Source: Candidatus Latescibacterota bacterium
GTDB taxonomy: Bacteria > Latescibacterota > UBA2968 > GCA-2709665
Length of the DNA stretch: 64,000 bases
NCBI GenBank assembly: GCA_965205485.1
Contig: OZ242180.1
Coordinates: forward strand, 2,464,001-2,528,000
Direction: 5' to 3'
This document shows positions 18,451-27,568 of the stretch, piece by piece (within the stretch, counting starts at the first letter, position 1; every line of letters begins with the position of its first letter). Position numbers and translations under genes: made by a program. The notes beneath the pieces were generated by a model, which worked only from the letters and a program-made list of their open reading frames with translations, did not search any database and was not told the origin of the DNA.

Positions 18451-19735
18451 ATGAGCGGATCGAACCCTGATGGACAGATACTGGCGGGTTTCGGGAAGGC
18501 AGACATTACGCCCGCGGCGCACGAGTCGTTTGAAATCTACGATCCCATCTACTTTCGGGCGCTCCACGTTCGGCAGGGCGACCGGCAGGTGACGTTTCTG
18601 GCGGCGGACCTGTTCCTGTTCGATGATTATTGTTTCGACATGATGGCGGAGGAGCTGGCGGAGACGGACGTGGACCCCGCCTGGATTCCTCCCGGGCGCA
18701 AGCCATATGGGCACCGGACCGACGCTGTTCCAGTTCTACGTGAATCAGCCCACGGAGGCGTTGAAGGAATTCGGCAACGAGGCGCACTACGCGCGAGCCG
18801 CCGCGGAGGCCGTGCGCATGGCCAGGGCCGACGTTTCGCCGGCGCGGGTGGCGGTGGGCACGGGCCTGGCGGAGAACGGGCTCCAATACAACCGCCGGGC
18901 GCACGATGAGCATGGCAATCTGCGGATGGTCTCGCTGACGGAGTTTCCCAGACCGCCGGACGATCTTGTCTATGACGCGGTGGATCTCCAGGTGGGCGTC
19001 GTGCGATTCGACCGGGACGGCAGGCGGCCGATCGCGTTGACGAATTTCGGATGTCATGCGCTGGCTCTGTGGGACCTCCGTGGCAACGTCTCCGCGGACT
19101 ACCCGGGCGTGGTCGTCCAGGAGCTTGCCGAAAGGGGGATCGACGGGCTTTTCATCCCGGGTGCGCTGGGCAACGTACATCCCGTACGCGAAACGGAAGA
19201 CCCTTGCGGCCGGATCGGCAGGTCGCTGGCACGAACGGCGTTGGAGATATACGACGGGCTCTCGCCGCAAGCGGACGTGGAGCTGGGACGCTTCATGCAC
19301 ACGATTCAGATTGATCGGCAACCCGTGGCCGAAGTCGAGGCCGCCCGGAAGGAATGGGAGGCGAATCCCCCCGCCGCAGAGGGACTCGCGCGATACGAAT
19401 ACTGGCTGGCGGAAACGTACCGGGATCGGCCGACCTGCGGGTTTGATTTTCATGCGGTCGTTCTCGGCGACAGCGCTTTGGTCCACTTTCCCGGCGAGCC
19501 CTTCGTGGAGACGTCGTTCGCCATTCGTGAGGCCGCCGCGTTCGACAGGGTTCTGCTCCTGTGCAACCCTTGTCCCGAGGTCGGATATCTGCCAACTGAG
19601 CGCGCACGCATCGAGGGAGACGGCGAGGTGTTGTTCGCGCCGCTTGAGATGGAATCCGAGGCGCAGATCCGGGAAGGGGCGATCGAGCTGTTGCAGGAGG
19701 CGTGGGGAGAATCAGATTTGCGAAAGGCATATTGA
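18451..19735 (+). pseudogene. Neutral/alkaline ceramidase-like amidohydrolase, split by a +1 frameshift (or sequence error) near 18688
   Basis: RBS AGGAGG then MSGSN..AGFGKADITP..DPIYFRAL. Removing one C from ATTCCTCCCGGG gives WILPGASHMGTGP and joins the downstream frame (YNRR, NFGCH, SADYPG, GALGNV, FPGEPF, GYLPT). Confidence 0.8.
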
Positions 19736-19738
19736 CAG

Positions 19739-20632
19739 ATGTCCGAAGGATTGTTGCAGCGGCTGGAAAAGGGCTTCGTACTGGGTGACGGCGGATACCT
19801 GATGGCGCTGCGGATGCGGGGGTTCGTGAGAACGGGCGCCATGACGCCGCAGGTGGTGGCGACCCATCCCGAGGAGGTGCGAAAGCTGACGCAAGAATTC
19901 AGGGACGCGGGAGCCGAGGTGCTGCAGACACTCACGTTTTTCGGAACGTCAAACATGCTGAAACCGGCGGGTTTCGGGGAGCGGGCGGAAGAGATCAATG
20001 CGACGGCCTGCCGCATCGCGAGAGAAGTGGCGGGCGACGATGCGCTGGTTGCCGGCAACCTGAACAGTCCGACGATTTCCCTGATGGATTACGATCCCTC
20101 CGACACCGCAAAGCGAGACCGGACGCGCGCCTGGCTGGACGAGCAACTCCCGTGGATCTGCGACGGGGGCGTTGATTTCCTGATCCTGGAGACGTTCTCG
20201 TGGCTGGACGAAGCGCTCCTTGCGCTGGACGTTGCGAGAGGTACCGGTCTCCCGCTGGTGGTCACCGTCAGCATGGAGGGAAGGGGAAACGCGCAGACGT
20301 TCGACGGGTCTGCGCCAGCGGAATGCGCCAGAAGGCTGGCGGATGCCGGCGCCGACATGGTTGGATTGAACTGCATCTGCCCGCCCTCGGCGATGCTCGA
20401 ATTCGCAACCCGGATGCAGCAGGCGGTGGACGTTCCGATTTGCTGCCAGCCGTCGGCGTGGCACTCGTGGTGGGACCGGCCCGCGGCAACGGAGGCCCAG
20501 TTCGCCCGTTTCGCACGAGACGCCATGGCGGCGGACATCCGGTACCTGGGATCCTGTTGCGGCGCCGGCCCGGAACACGTACGCGCGATGGCACGGGCGA
20601 TGGGGAAACAGCCGGATTCCCGTGGCGCCTGA
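19739..20632 (+). CDS. Homocysteine S-methyltransferase family, betaine-homocysteine methyltransferase-like
   Basis: GLLQRL..G.VLGDGG...L..RG.V..G..TP....HPE.V..L..EF..AG; Zn ligands GLNC and GSCCG. Confidence 0.88.
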   Translation: MSEGLLQRLEKGFVLGDGGYLMALRMRGFVRTGAMTPQVVATHPEEVRKLTQEFRDAGAEVLQTLTFFGTSNMLKPAGFGERAEEINATACRIAREVAGDDALVAGNLNSPTISLMDYDPSDTAKRDRTRAWLDEQLPWICDGGVDFLILETFSWLDEALLALDVARGTGLPLVVTVSMEGRGNAQTFDGSAPAECARRLADAGADMVGLNCICPPSAMLEFATRMQQAVDVPICCQPSAWHSWWDRPAATEAQFARFARDAMAADIRYLGSCCGAGPEHVRAMARAMGKQPDSRGA

Positions 20633-20662
20633 GGGAACTTCCGAAGGGACGACGGAGCGCTG

Positions 20663-21718
20663 ATGTACTATTTACAGACGGAAGGCGACGCGATGGCGCG
20701 CGGTGTCGCCCATGGACGCGCCGCATCGGACCGGATCGCCGGATTGATCGATCGGTACAGAGGGGATTTTACCGACGGGAAAGGCGGCTGGCGGCCGGGC
20801 CTGGCGCCTGATGCGCGCAAGCGGAAGGTGGACGTTTGGACGGAGCGCATCGGCGGGTTGTTTCCCGACATGATCCGCGAGATCGAGGGGATCGCGATCG
20901 GCGCCGGTCTTCCGTTCGGCGACGTGTTCGAGCTCAATCTCGTCTTCGATCTGGACGAGTCCTCAACGCCCGCGTGCAGCGTATTCGGGTTTACCGACGA
21001 CGAGGGGCGGGCGTGGCTTGGGAAATCCGACGATCTCGGGAAAAGGGAACTGGGCGCCAACGCGATACATCATGCGGCGCCATCGGGAAAACTGCGATCC
21101 GTCCAGATGCACTTCGTTGGAACGATCTGGACGTCGTCGGCGGTAAATGAAGCCGGGTTCGGGTTCGGCATGACCGGACTCACCGGATGTGAACGCCGTG
21201 AGGGCGGCGTTCCGGTGCTGTTTCTCCTGCCTTTGCTGGCGGAACGGTGCCGTACCGTCGAGGATGCCGCTGCCTTATGCGCCGAATTCGAGATCCCGAT
21301 GCACGGGATGAGCGTCCTGATGGGCGACGCGACCGGGGAGGTGGCGATTCTGGAAAAACACGTGGCGGGGCAGACCATCAGGCGTCCATCCGGACCCGGT
21401 GAGGCGGTGTGGGAGACCAACCATTGCCTTGGAAAAGAACTGGTCGGGAAGGACGATCCGGCATTGCCGTATCTGGACAACAGCCATGCGCGAATCGATC
21501 TGGTGTCCCGGATGGAGAGGGACGTGGCGCGAAGCTTCGAAGGATTGGCGCAAATGTACCGGACGCACGATGATCCCGTCGGCATTTGCCAGCACGGTCA
21601 GGGAGGTCTGCATACGGACAGCGGGATCATCATCTGCCCGGCCGAACGGACCATGTGGGCGACGGAGGGGTATCCCTGTTGCCATCCCTTTATCCGACAT
21701 GAAGTTGACACAGGCTGA
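20663..21718 (+). CDS. Peptidase C45 / acyl-CoA:6-APA acyltransferase-like Ntn hydrolase
   Basis: RGVAHG, EIEGIA.GA, ACS (autoprocessed Cys), VNEAG, TNH, ICQH. Confidence 0.85.
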   Translation: MYYLQTEGDAMARGVAHGRAASDRIAGLIDRYRGDFTDGKGGWRPGLAPDARKRKVDVWTERIGGLFPDMIREIEGIAIGAGLPFGDVFELNLVFDLDESSTPACSVFGFTDDEGRAWLGKSDDLGKRELGANAIHHAAPSGKLRSVQMHFVGTIWTSSAVNEAGFGFGMTGLTGCERREGGVPVLFLLPLLAERCRTVEDAAALCAEFEIPMHGMSVLMGDATGEVAILEKHVAGQTIRRPSGPGEAVWETNHCLGKELVGKDDPALPYLDNSHARIDLVSRMERDVARSFEGLAQMYRTHDDPVGICQHGQGGLHTDSGIIICPAERTMWATEGYPCCHPFIRHEVDTG

Positions 21719-21868
21719 AAATTCGGACAGACCGGATTCTTGCATGTCCGGTTGGACTGCATGCGATCAATGAGGAACTTCGCGGGTACACAACATTGCC
21801 ATTGCAAACAATTGTTAATTTTGTTAACTTCAAATTGTGAAGATGGATGATGTCCCAGGGAATACCAT

Positions 21869-22384
21869 ATGATCGTAGCCGATGCCTCCCCGTTAATCGC
21901 CCTGGTCAAGCTCCGGCGCCTGAACATCCTGGAGGATTTGTACGGCGGCGTGCTGATCCCGCCCGCGGTGAGAGCGGAAACAATCGACGCTGGGAGGGCG
22001 ATTCGGGACCCGGGTGTGGCTCAACTCGAGGCCGCTGTAGAAGACCGTTGGTTGAAGGAGGTTCGGCCGACGGATGACGAGCGCGAACTGGCGTTGCGCC
22101 TGTACGGGCCGTCGCGCCTGGGTCGGGGCGAGGCCGAGTCAATTGCGGTTGCGGACGGAAGAGGAATGCGGTTGATCGTGGACGACAAGGAAGCTCGAAG
22201 CGTGTCTGCGGCGATGTCGGTCGAACATATTGGTACAGCAGGTGTTTTCTTGGAAGCTTGTATGCGACGACATCTCAATTTGGCGGAATTGGAGACTGTG
22301 ATTCGTGACCTGGGTCAGATCCTCTGGCTATCACCAGCTGTCGTAGCGGAAGTATTGAGACTCGCGAGGGAGGTGGAAGGATGA
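21869..22384 (+). CDS. PIN-domain protein (DUF3368 family), putative toxin
   Basis: IVADASPLI.L, IPPAV..E, LGRGEAESI, IVDDKEAR, GTAGV. Confidence 0.85.
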   Translation: MIVADASPLIALVKLRRLNILEDLYGGVLIPPAVRAETIDAGRAIRDPGVAQLEAAVEDRWLKEVRPTDDERELALRLYGPSRLGRGEAESIAVADGRGMRLIVDDKEARSVSAAMSVEHIGTAGVFLEACMRRHLNLAELETVIRDLGQILWLSPAVVAEVLRLAREVEG

Positions 22385-22704
22385 AGATGGAACAGATGGT
22401 TGGAACGAGGCTTCCGTCGGAGTTGGTCCGCGCATTGGAGTTGATCGAAAACGTCGAGCAATCCGATCGTTCAACCACGGTCCGTAGGCTGCTGTCGAAA
22501 GCAATACAGCAATGGAAGTTGGAGCATTACGCCAGTCTGTACGGCGAAAGAAAGGTTACCCTTGCGCGGGCTGCCCGGGAAGCGGGCGTGTCCTTATGGG
22601 AAATGATGGACTACGCCAGGGTATCAAAAGTGCCTTTCCAGTACGACCTCGACGATCTCCGCCAGGATCTGGAAGTCATTCATCGAAACAAAAGTCAGCA
22701 GTAG
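22381..22704 (+). CDS. UPF0175 family antitoxin with RHH-like N-terminus
   Basis: GTRLPSEL...DRSTTVRRLL; LY.E.KVTLARAA..AGVS..E; ATGA overlap with the PIN gene. Confidence 0.82.
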   Translation: MKMEQMVGTRLPSELVRALELIENVEQSDRSTTVRRLLSKAIQQWKLEHYASLYGERKVTLARAAREAGVSLWEMMDYARVSKVPFQYDLDDLRQDLEVIHRNKSQQ

Positions 22705-22757
22705 AGGTTTCTGCACGTCGGTAATGCGTTCTCATGGAAGACACTCCAAATGAAATT

Positions 22758-22785
22758 AGCCCCCGTGAATCTGACCACGGGGGCT
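22758..22785. terminator. Hairpin between convergent TA pair and tRNA-Met
   Basis: AGCCCCCGTG-N8-CACGGGGGCT, perfect 10-bp stem. Confidence 0.5.
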
Positions 22786-22826
22786 TACACATCATAACGA
22801 GGCCGGCAGGACCGGCATCAGTTTTC

Positions 22827-22902
22827 TGGTAGCGGCGGAGGGACTTGAACCCCCGACCCATGGATTATGATTCCACTGCTCTGCCAACTGAGCTACGCCG
22901 CC
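22827..22902 (-). tRNA. tRNA-Met (CAT), probably elongator
   Basis: GGCGGCGTAGCTCAGTTGGCAGAGCAGTGGAATCATAATCCATGGGTCGGGGGTTCAAGTCCCTCCGCCGCTACCA; 76 nt, encoded CCA, lacks the initiator C1:A72 mismatch and GGG/CCC anticodon stem; upstream TTGACA-17-TATTTT. Confidence 0.95.
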
Positions 22903-22990
22903 ACCTTTTTTGCCGGACCGAAAAAATACAAGGATACCGCCTTGATGTCAAGCCGGAATACGCCAACATCCACCGACCGTTTCGAAGCCA

Positions 22991-23019
22991 TTGACAATTG
23001 TCCTGTAATGCGGTACACT
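22991..23019 (+). promoter_or_regulatory. sigma70-type promoter for nfeD-floA operon
   Basis: TTGACA-17-TACACT. Confidence 0.65.
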
Positions 23020-23071
23020 GATATTTAAGATTATGTGGCCTGAATCCCAACCGCCGAGGGAGTTCTCCCGG

Positions 23072-24415
23072 ATGCGCGTTACGCTTGCGGTTCTTGCGTT
23101 CCTCCTGCTTCTGCCATCCGTGTGCCTGGCGGAAGGTTCGGTCTATGTCGTGCCGATCGGAGGGACGATCGAGCGGGGGCTGGCCGCCTTTATCTCGCGG
23201 GTTATGGAGGACGCGGAGGCAGAGGACGTGTCCGCGGTGGTCTTCGAAATTGACACCCCTGGCGGCGCACTGGATGCGGCCCTGGTCATCCGGGACGCGA
23301 TTTTGTACAGCGATATGAAGACCATTGCTTTCATCAACCCGAGAGCGATCTCGGCCGGGGCTTTGATTTCACTGGCCACGCGGCATATCGTCATGGTAGA
23401 GGGAGGCACGATCGGCGCGGCCACGGCCGTTGACATGCAGGGCAAGAAGGCCAGCGAAAAGGTGATCTCCTACTTCCGCAACGAGATGAAGGCGACCGCC
23501 GAAAAGACCGGCCGCCCCCCGGAACTGGCCGAAGCGATGGTCGACGAAGACGTGGATATAGAGGATCTCGCTCCGAAAGGCAAGCTGCTCACGCTCACCA
23601 CAACCGAGGCGGTTGCGAAGAAGATCGCGGAAACCATGGTCACGGCCACCGGTGAATTTGAGAAACTTCAGGCCGTACTGAAGCACTATGAACTGGATGG
23701 CGCACGGATAACCCGCCAGTCGGTAAATTGGTCGGAGCAGGTTGTACGCTGGCTCACCCACCCGATTGTGGCTTCGCTGCTGATGTCGCTCGGTTTTTTG
23801 GGATTGATCTTTGAGATCCAGAGTCCGGGTTGGGGCGTCGGCGGTACGATCGGCCTGATCTGCCTGGGTCTGTTTTTCGGCAGCCATCTGCTGGTAAAGC
23901 TGGCTGACTGGACGGAAGTGCTGCTGTTTCTGGGCGGGGTGATTCTGGTGGTTGTCGACCTGTTCTTCATTGCCGGATTCGGAGTGCTGGCCATTCCGGG
24001 CGTCATTCTGATGTTTGCCGGACTGTTTCTGAGCCTGATGGGACGCCCGGAACTGTGGACCTGGGAGTCAGTAGCGGACGGCGCACGGCCCCTGCTGCTG
24101 GCATTTTTGACGACGGTTCTGATCGGCGGCATGATGTTGAAAATGCTGCCGCGCACGTCCGCGTGGAAGTGGCTGGTGCTTCACGAAGAAGAACGCAGCG
24201 ACGCGGGGTACATCGCCACTGGAAAACACGAAGCGCTACTTGGCAGGGAAGGCGTCGCCTTTACGCCGCTGCGGCCCGCGGGCACGGGGCTCATCGACGG
24301 GCGCCGGGTCAACGTGGCTGCCGAAGGCGAATTTATAGAAAAGGACAGCCGGATCACGGTGGTCGAGGTTGAAGGCAACCGGATCGTGGTCCGAAAGACC
24401 GAAGAGGCGAGTTAG
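23072..24415 (+). CDS. nfeD: NfeD long form (ClpP-like serine protease + TM + OB fold)
   Basis: Signal peptide, IDTPGG, AISAGA (Ser), ASEK (Lys), AEAMVD, GKLLTLT, TM region, TPLRPAG...VEGNRIVV. Confidence 0.92.
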   Translation: MRVTLAVLAFLLLLPSVCLAEGSVYVVPIGGTIERGLAAFISRVMEDAEAEDVSAVVFEIDTPGGALDAALVIRDAILYSDMKTIAFINPRAISAGALISLATRHIVMVEGGTIGAATAVDMQGKKASEKVISYFRNEMKATAEKTGRPPELAEAMVDEDVDIEDLAPKGKLLTLTTTEAVAKKIAETMVTATGEFEKLQAVLKHYELDGARITRQSVNWSEQVVRWLTHPIVASLLMSLGFLGLIFEIQSPGWGVGGTIGLICLGLFFGSHLLVKLADWTEVLLFLGGVILVVVDLFFIAGFGVLAIPGVILMFAGLFLSLMGRPELWTWESVADGARPLLLAFLTTVLIGGMMLKMLPRTSAWKWLVLHEEERSDAGYIATGKHEALLGREGVAFTPLRPAGTGLIDGRRVNVAAEGEFIEKDSRITVVEVEGNRIVVRKTEEAS

Positions 24416-24474
24416 CAGCGGGCGGGATATGGAATTTTCTACTCGGGCAATCCGGTATGTACGGGAGCCGCGGT

Positions 24475-24783
24475 ATGGTCGAAGGAATTGCAATTCTGGT
24501 TGTACTTGTCGTCGCAATTGCTATCGTGTTGTGGAGATGGCTCGTACTCCACGCCGACGAAAAGGCCGAGGCCGGTTACGTAGCCACCGGAGAGAATGAA
24601 GCGCTATTGGGAAAAGAAGGGGTGGCGTATACGCCGCTGCGCCCATCGGGTACAGGGCTGATTGACGGGCGCCGGGTCAACGTGGCCGCGGATGGCGAGT
24701 TTATCGAAAGGGATAGCCAGATCAGGGTCGTCGAGGTTGAAGGCAACCGGATCGTGGTTCGTAAAGCCGAGGACGCCAATTAG
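24475..24783 (+). CDS. Short NfeD C-terminal OB-fold protein with one TM helix
   Basis: GGGAG RBS, N-terminal TM, then a near copy of the upstream NfeD C-terminus (WxWLVLH...TPLRPSGTGLIDGRRVNVAA.GEFIE..VEGNRIVVRK). Confidence 0.85.
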   Translation: MVEGIAILVVLVVAIAIVLWRWLVLHADEKAEAGYVATGENEALLGKEGVAYTPLRPSGTGLIDGRRVNVAADGEFIERDSQIRVVEVEGNRIVVRKAEDAN

Positions 24784-24840
24784 TGTCCTGACTTGAGTCA
24801 GATCGATTCAATCGGTAGAAGATACAAAGGGAGCTGAAAT

Positions 24841-25839
24841 ATGGTCGATGCAGTTTTACTTCTCGTTATTGTTGTCGCGGTAATCGTTGTACTGTTCCTT
24901 TTCTTCTATTTCATCCCGGTCGGGCTCTGGATCTCGGCCCTTGCGGCCCGCGTCCGAATCGGAATCGGTGAATTGGTGGGGATGCGCCTGCGGCGCGTTC
25001 CACCGCGAATCATCCTCGGGTCGCAGATCAGCGCCACGAAGGCGGGACTGGCGATCCCGACCTCCTTCCTGGAAGCGCATTATCTGGCGGGAGGACACGT
25101 GGAGAACGTGGTAACGGCCCTTATCGCGGCTGACAAAGCCGGGATCAATCTCACCACGGAACGGGCTGCGGCGATCGACCTCGCCGGTCGCAACGTGCTG
25201 GAGGCCGTGCAGGTCAGCGTCAATCCCAAGGTAATCTCCACGCCGATGGTCACGGCCGTGGCGAAAGACGGCATCCAGGTCAAGGCCACGTCGCGGGTCA
25301 CCGTACGCGCCAATATCGATCGGCTGGTGGGTGGGGCAGGCGAGGAAACGATCGTGGCCCGCGTCGGGGAGGGGATCGTCACCACAATCGGCTCTTCCGA
25401 AACCCACAAGGCCGTGCTGGAGAATCCTGATCTGATTTCGAAGACGGTGCTCGGTAAAGGCCTGGATTCGGGTACGGCGTATGAAATTCTGTCGATCGAT
25501 ATCGCCGACGTGGACGTGGGCGACAATATCGGGGCGAAACTCCAGACAGACCAGGCGGAGGCCGATCTGAAAATCGCCCGGGCGAAGGCGGAAGAACGGC
25601 GGGCGATGGCCGTGGCTCACGAGCAGGAGATGAGCGCGCGGGTGGTCGAGATGCGCGCGCGGGTCGTGGAGGCCGAGGCCGAGGTGCCGCGGGCGATGGC
25701 CGAGGCGTTCCGCAGCGGCAATCTGGGCGTCATGGACTATTACCGGATGCAGAATATCCAGGCCGATACCTCGATGCGGGAAGGAATCGCCGACACCGAG
25801 GACGGCCCTGAAGAAGATACGGACAGGGGAGACGCGTAG
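24841..25839 (+). CDS. floA: Flotillin-like protein FloA (YqfA/UPF0365)
   Basis: [65 protein letters not shown]. Confidence 0.95.
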   Translation: MVDAVLLLVIVVAVIVVLFLFFYFIPVGLWISALAARVRIGIGELVGMRLRRVPPRIILGSQISATKAGLAIPTSFLEAHYLAGGHVENVVTALIAADKAGINLTTERAAAIDLAGRNVLEAVQVSVNPKVISTPMVTAVAKDGIQVKATSRVTVRANIDRLVGGAGEETIVARVGEGIVTTIGSSETHKAVLENPDLISKTVLGKGLDSGTAYEILSIDIADVDVGDNIGAKLQTDQAEADLKIARAKAEERRAMAVAHEQEMSARVVEMRARVVEAEAEVPRAMAEAFRSGNLGVMDYYRMQNIQADTSMREGIADTEDGPEEDTDRGDA

Positions 25840-25842
25840 ATC

Positions 25843-26457
25843 ATGAGCTTCGAAATCGTCGTCATTCTGTTTATCGTGTTAAGCGTGATCTCTTCGCTGG
25901 TCAACAAGATACTCGAAGGCCGGCGCGGTCGGGAACTGGAGGAAGAGGATCTGGGCCTGCCCCCGATGGGAGTACCGGACGTCGATCCACCGGAAGATGA
26001 CGTCTTCCGGGAACCGGGACCGACGAAACCGGCGCCAATGGCCAGGGAGTTCCAGGAGGTACGGGGCACGCGCCCGGTGAGCGAGGCGCCCACGGGACCT
26101 GAGTTTCAGGAAATACGTGGCGCCCGCCCTGTCAGTGAACCTGCGGGCGGGAAAGAGTTTCGGGAAGTGAGGGGCGTGCGCCCGGTGAGTGAAGCCTACA
26201 CGGGGGATGAATATCGGCCGGCCGGTTTCGACCCGGCGGAGGACGAGCACCCCGGTGGGGCGATAAGCGGCGACGGGGCGGAATCCGCGGCGGAAGTAGA
26301 ACAGGACGACTTACCGGATGTCCAACCGCTGGTCGTGGCGCCTCGCCGCAGAACCCGCCGCAGGAGAATCGACCTCGATTTCAAGCCGAAAACGGTCCGC
26401 AAGGCGATCGTCTACAATGAGATCCTCGGTCCGCCCGCAGCGGATCGGAGGCCGTAG
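25843..26457 (+). CDS. Membrane-anchored acidic protein with 18-aa internal repeats (YqfB-position protein)
   Basis: N-terminal TM; C-terminal VRKAIVYNEILGPP motif recalled from genes following floA; three internal repeats. Confidence 0.75.
   Translation: MSFEIVVILFIVLSVISSLVNKILEGRRGRELEEEDLGLPPMGVPDVDPPEDDVFREPGPTKPAPMAREFQEVRGTRPVSEAPTGPEFQEIRGARPVSEPAGGKEFREVRGVRPVSEAYTGDEYRPAGFDPAEDEHPGGAISGDGAESAAEVEQDDLPDVQPLVVAPRRRTRRRRIDLDFKPKTVRKAIVYNEILGPPAADRRP
26047..26208 (+). repeat. 3 x 54-bp in-frame tandem repeat
   Basis: EFQEVRGTRPVSEAPTGP / EFQEIRGARPVSEPAGGK / EFREVRGVRPVSEAYTGD starting at 26047, 26101 and 26155. Confidence 0.9.
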
Positions 26458-26508
26458 CGCCCGGCAAAAACGTCCTGCGGCATCCGATGATGCCTGACCC
26501 TGGCAGGC

Positions 26509-26543
26509 AGCCCGGATGGGCCTTTTTTCAACGGGCTGTTAAG
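26509..26543. repeat. Solo right end of MITE-like element
   Basis: AGCCCGGATGG..CTTTTTTCAACGGGCTGTT nearly identical to 43962-43991. Confidence 0.7.
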
Positions 26544-26605
26544 GTTCGGACCGCTTTTATGTCAGGCAAAATTCAAACAACGCTATCTGTAGAGGAGTAG
26601 GTTAA

Positions 26606-26887
26606 ATGCGCTGGCCTGAGATATGCAAAGACCATCCCAAAAAGTGGCTGATTGTTGAGGCATTGGAAGCCCATACAACCTCAGACTATCGGCGGCATCT
26701 GAATCGTCTGACAGTGGTTGAAGAATGCCCGGATGGCAAGACAGCTATGAACCGGTATCAGACCCTTCACCATCAATATCCCGAACGTGAATTCTATTTT
26801 CTCCACACCAGTCGTGATTCACTTGATATTCAAGTAAGACAATGGTCGGGCATTCGTTCGCTGTATGCAATTGATACGCAGGTATGA
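26606..26887 (+). CDS. Small hypothetical protein paired with aspartyl protease
   Basis: RBS GAGGAG, 93 aa, lower GC than flanks, overlaps the next ORF. Confidence 0.75.
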   Translation: MRWPEICKDHPKKWLIVEALEAHTTSDYRRHLNRLTVVEECPDGKTAMNRYQTLHHQYPEREFYFLHTSRDSLDIQVRQWSGIRSLYAIDTQV

Positions 26888-27248
26888 TCTGCCATTTACA
26901 TCGGTGTCTATTGACTATCGGGGATCAACTATTGAGATTCCTCAAGTCTTGGTCGATACTGGTTCAGCCAGCACGGTAATATCCGCCGATTTGGTTGATT
27001 CCATCGGTATATTTCCTTTGCCTGATGACCGGATAGTCACAATTCGCGGTGTGGGTGGACATGAGGTCGTATTCAGGCGACGGGTTGATTGTTTGCAGGT
27101 TGGACAGAAGGAATTGACTGATTTCGAACTTGAAATAGGTGGCATGGATTATGGCTTTGAAATCAATGGGATTTTGGGGATGGATTTCCTTACAGAATCC
27201 GGGGCCATTATCAATCTGCATACAATGAGTCTTACATTCGATGGCTGA
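26865..27248 (+). CDS. Retropepsin-like (clan AA) aspartyl protease
   Basis: LVDTGSASTVI catalytic motif, flap GVGG, GILGMDFL. Confidence 0.88.
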   Translation: MQLIRRYDLPFTSVSIDYRGSTIEIPQVLVDTGSASTVISADLVDSIGIFPLPDDRIVTIRGVGGHEVVFRRRVDCLQVGQKELTDFELEIGGMDYGFEINGILGMDFLTESGAIINLHTMSLTFDG

Positions 27249-27366
27249 AGGCAGGTTGGATCCTGACAACAACGACCTGTCGGACGTTTCGGCGTTGTCG
27301 AACGCCTGTTTCCTCTTGACAGTTTGTACGCCGATGGGGATATTTCTCAATCCTTGATTCAACAGC

Positions 27367-27453
<87 letters not shown>

Positions 27454-27458
27454 GAACA

Positions 27459-27493
27459 AAAACAGGCACCTGCGAAAAGCAGGTGCCTGTTTT
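27459..27493. terminator. Bidirectional intrinsic terminator
   Basis: AAAACAGGCACCTGC-GAAAA-GCAGGTGCCTGTTTT, 15-bp stem. Confidence 0.85.
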
Positions 27494-27568
27494 CATTGCG
27501 GTATCGGTAGCCGATTCTCGCGCGAAACCGATGTCAGTCAAGCGCCGGGAGCAGCTTCGAGAATACCC

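Noticed and set aside
22827..22902. Initiator tRNA-fMet or tRNA-Ile2 identity
   Set aside because: Lacks the C1:A72 mismatch and three G:C anticodon pairs, so not fMet; sequence resembles elongator Met, though Ile2 is not formally excluded
22955..22981. ECF promoter upstream of nfeD (GGAAT..CGTT)
   Set aside because: Weak match with odd spacing; a good sigma70 promoter is present at 22991-23019
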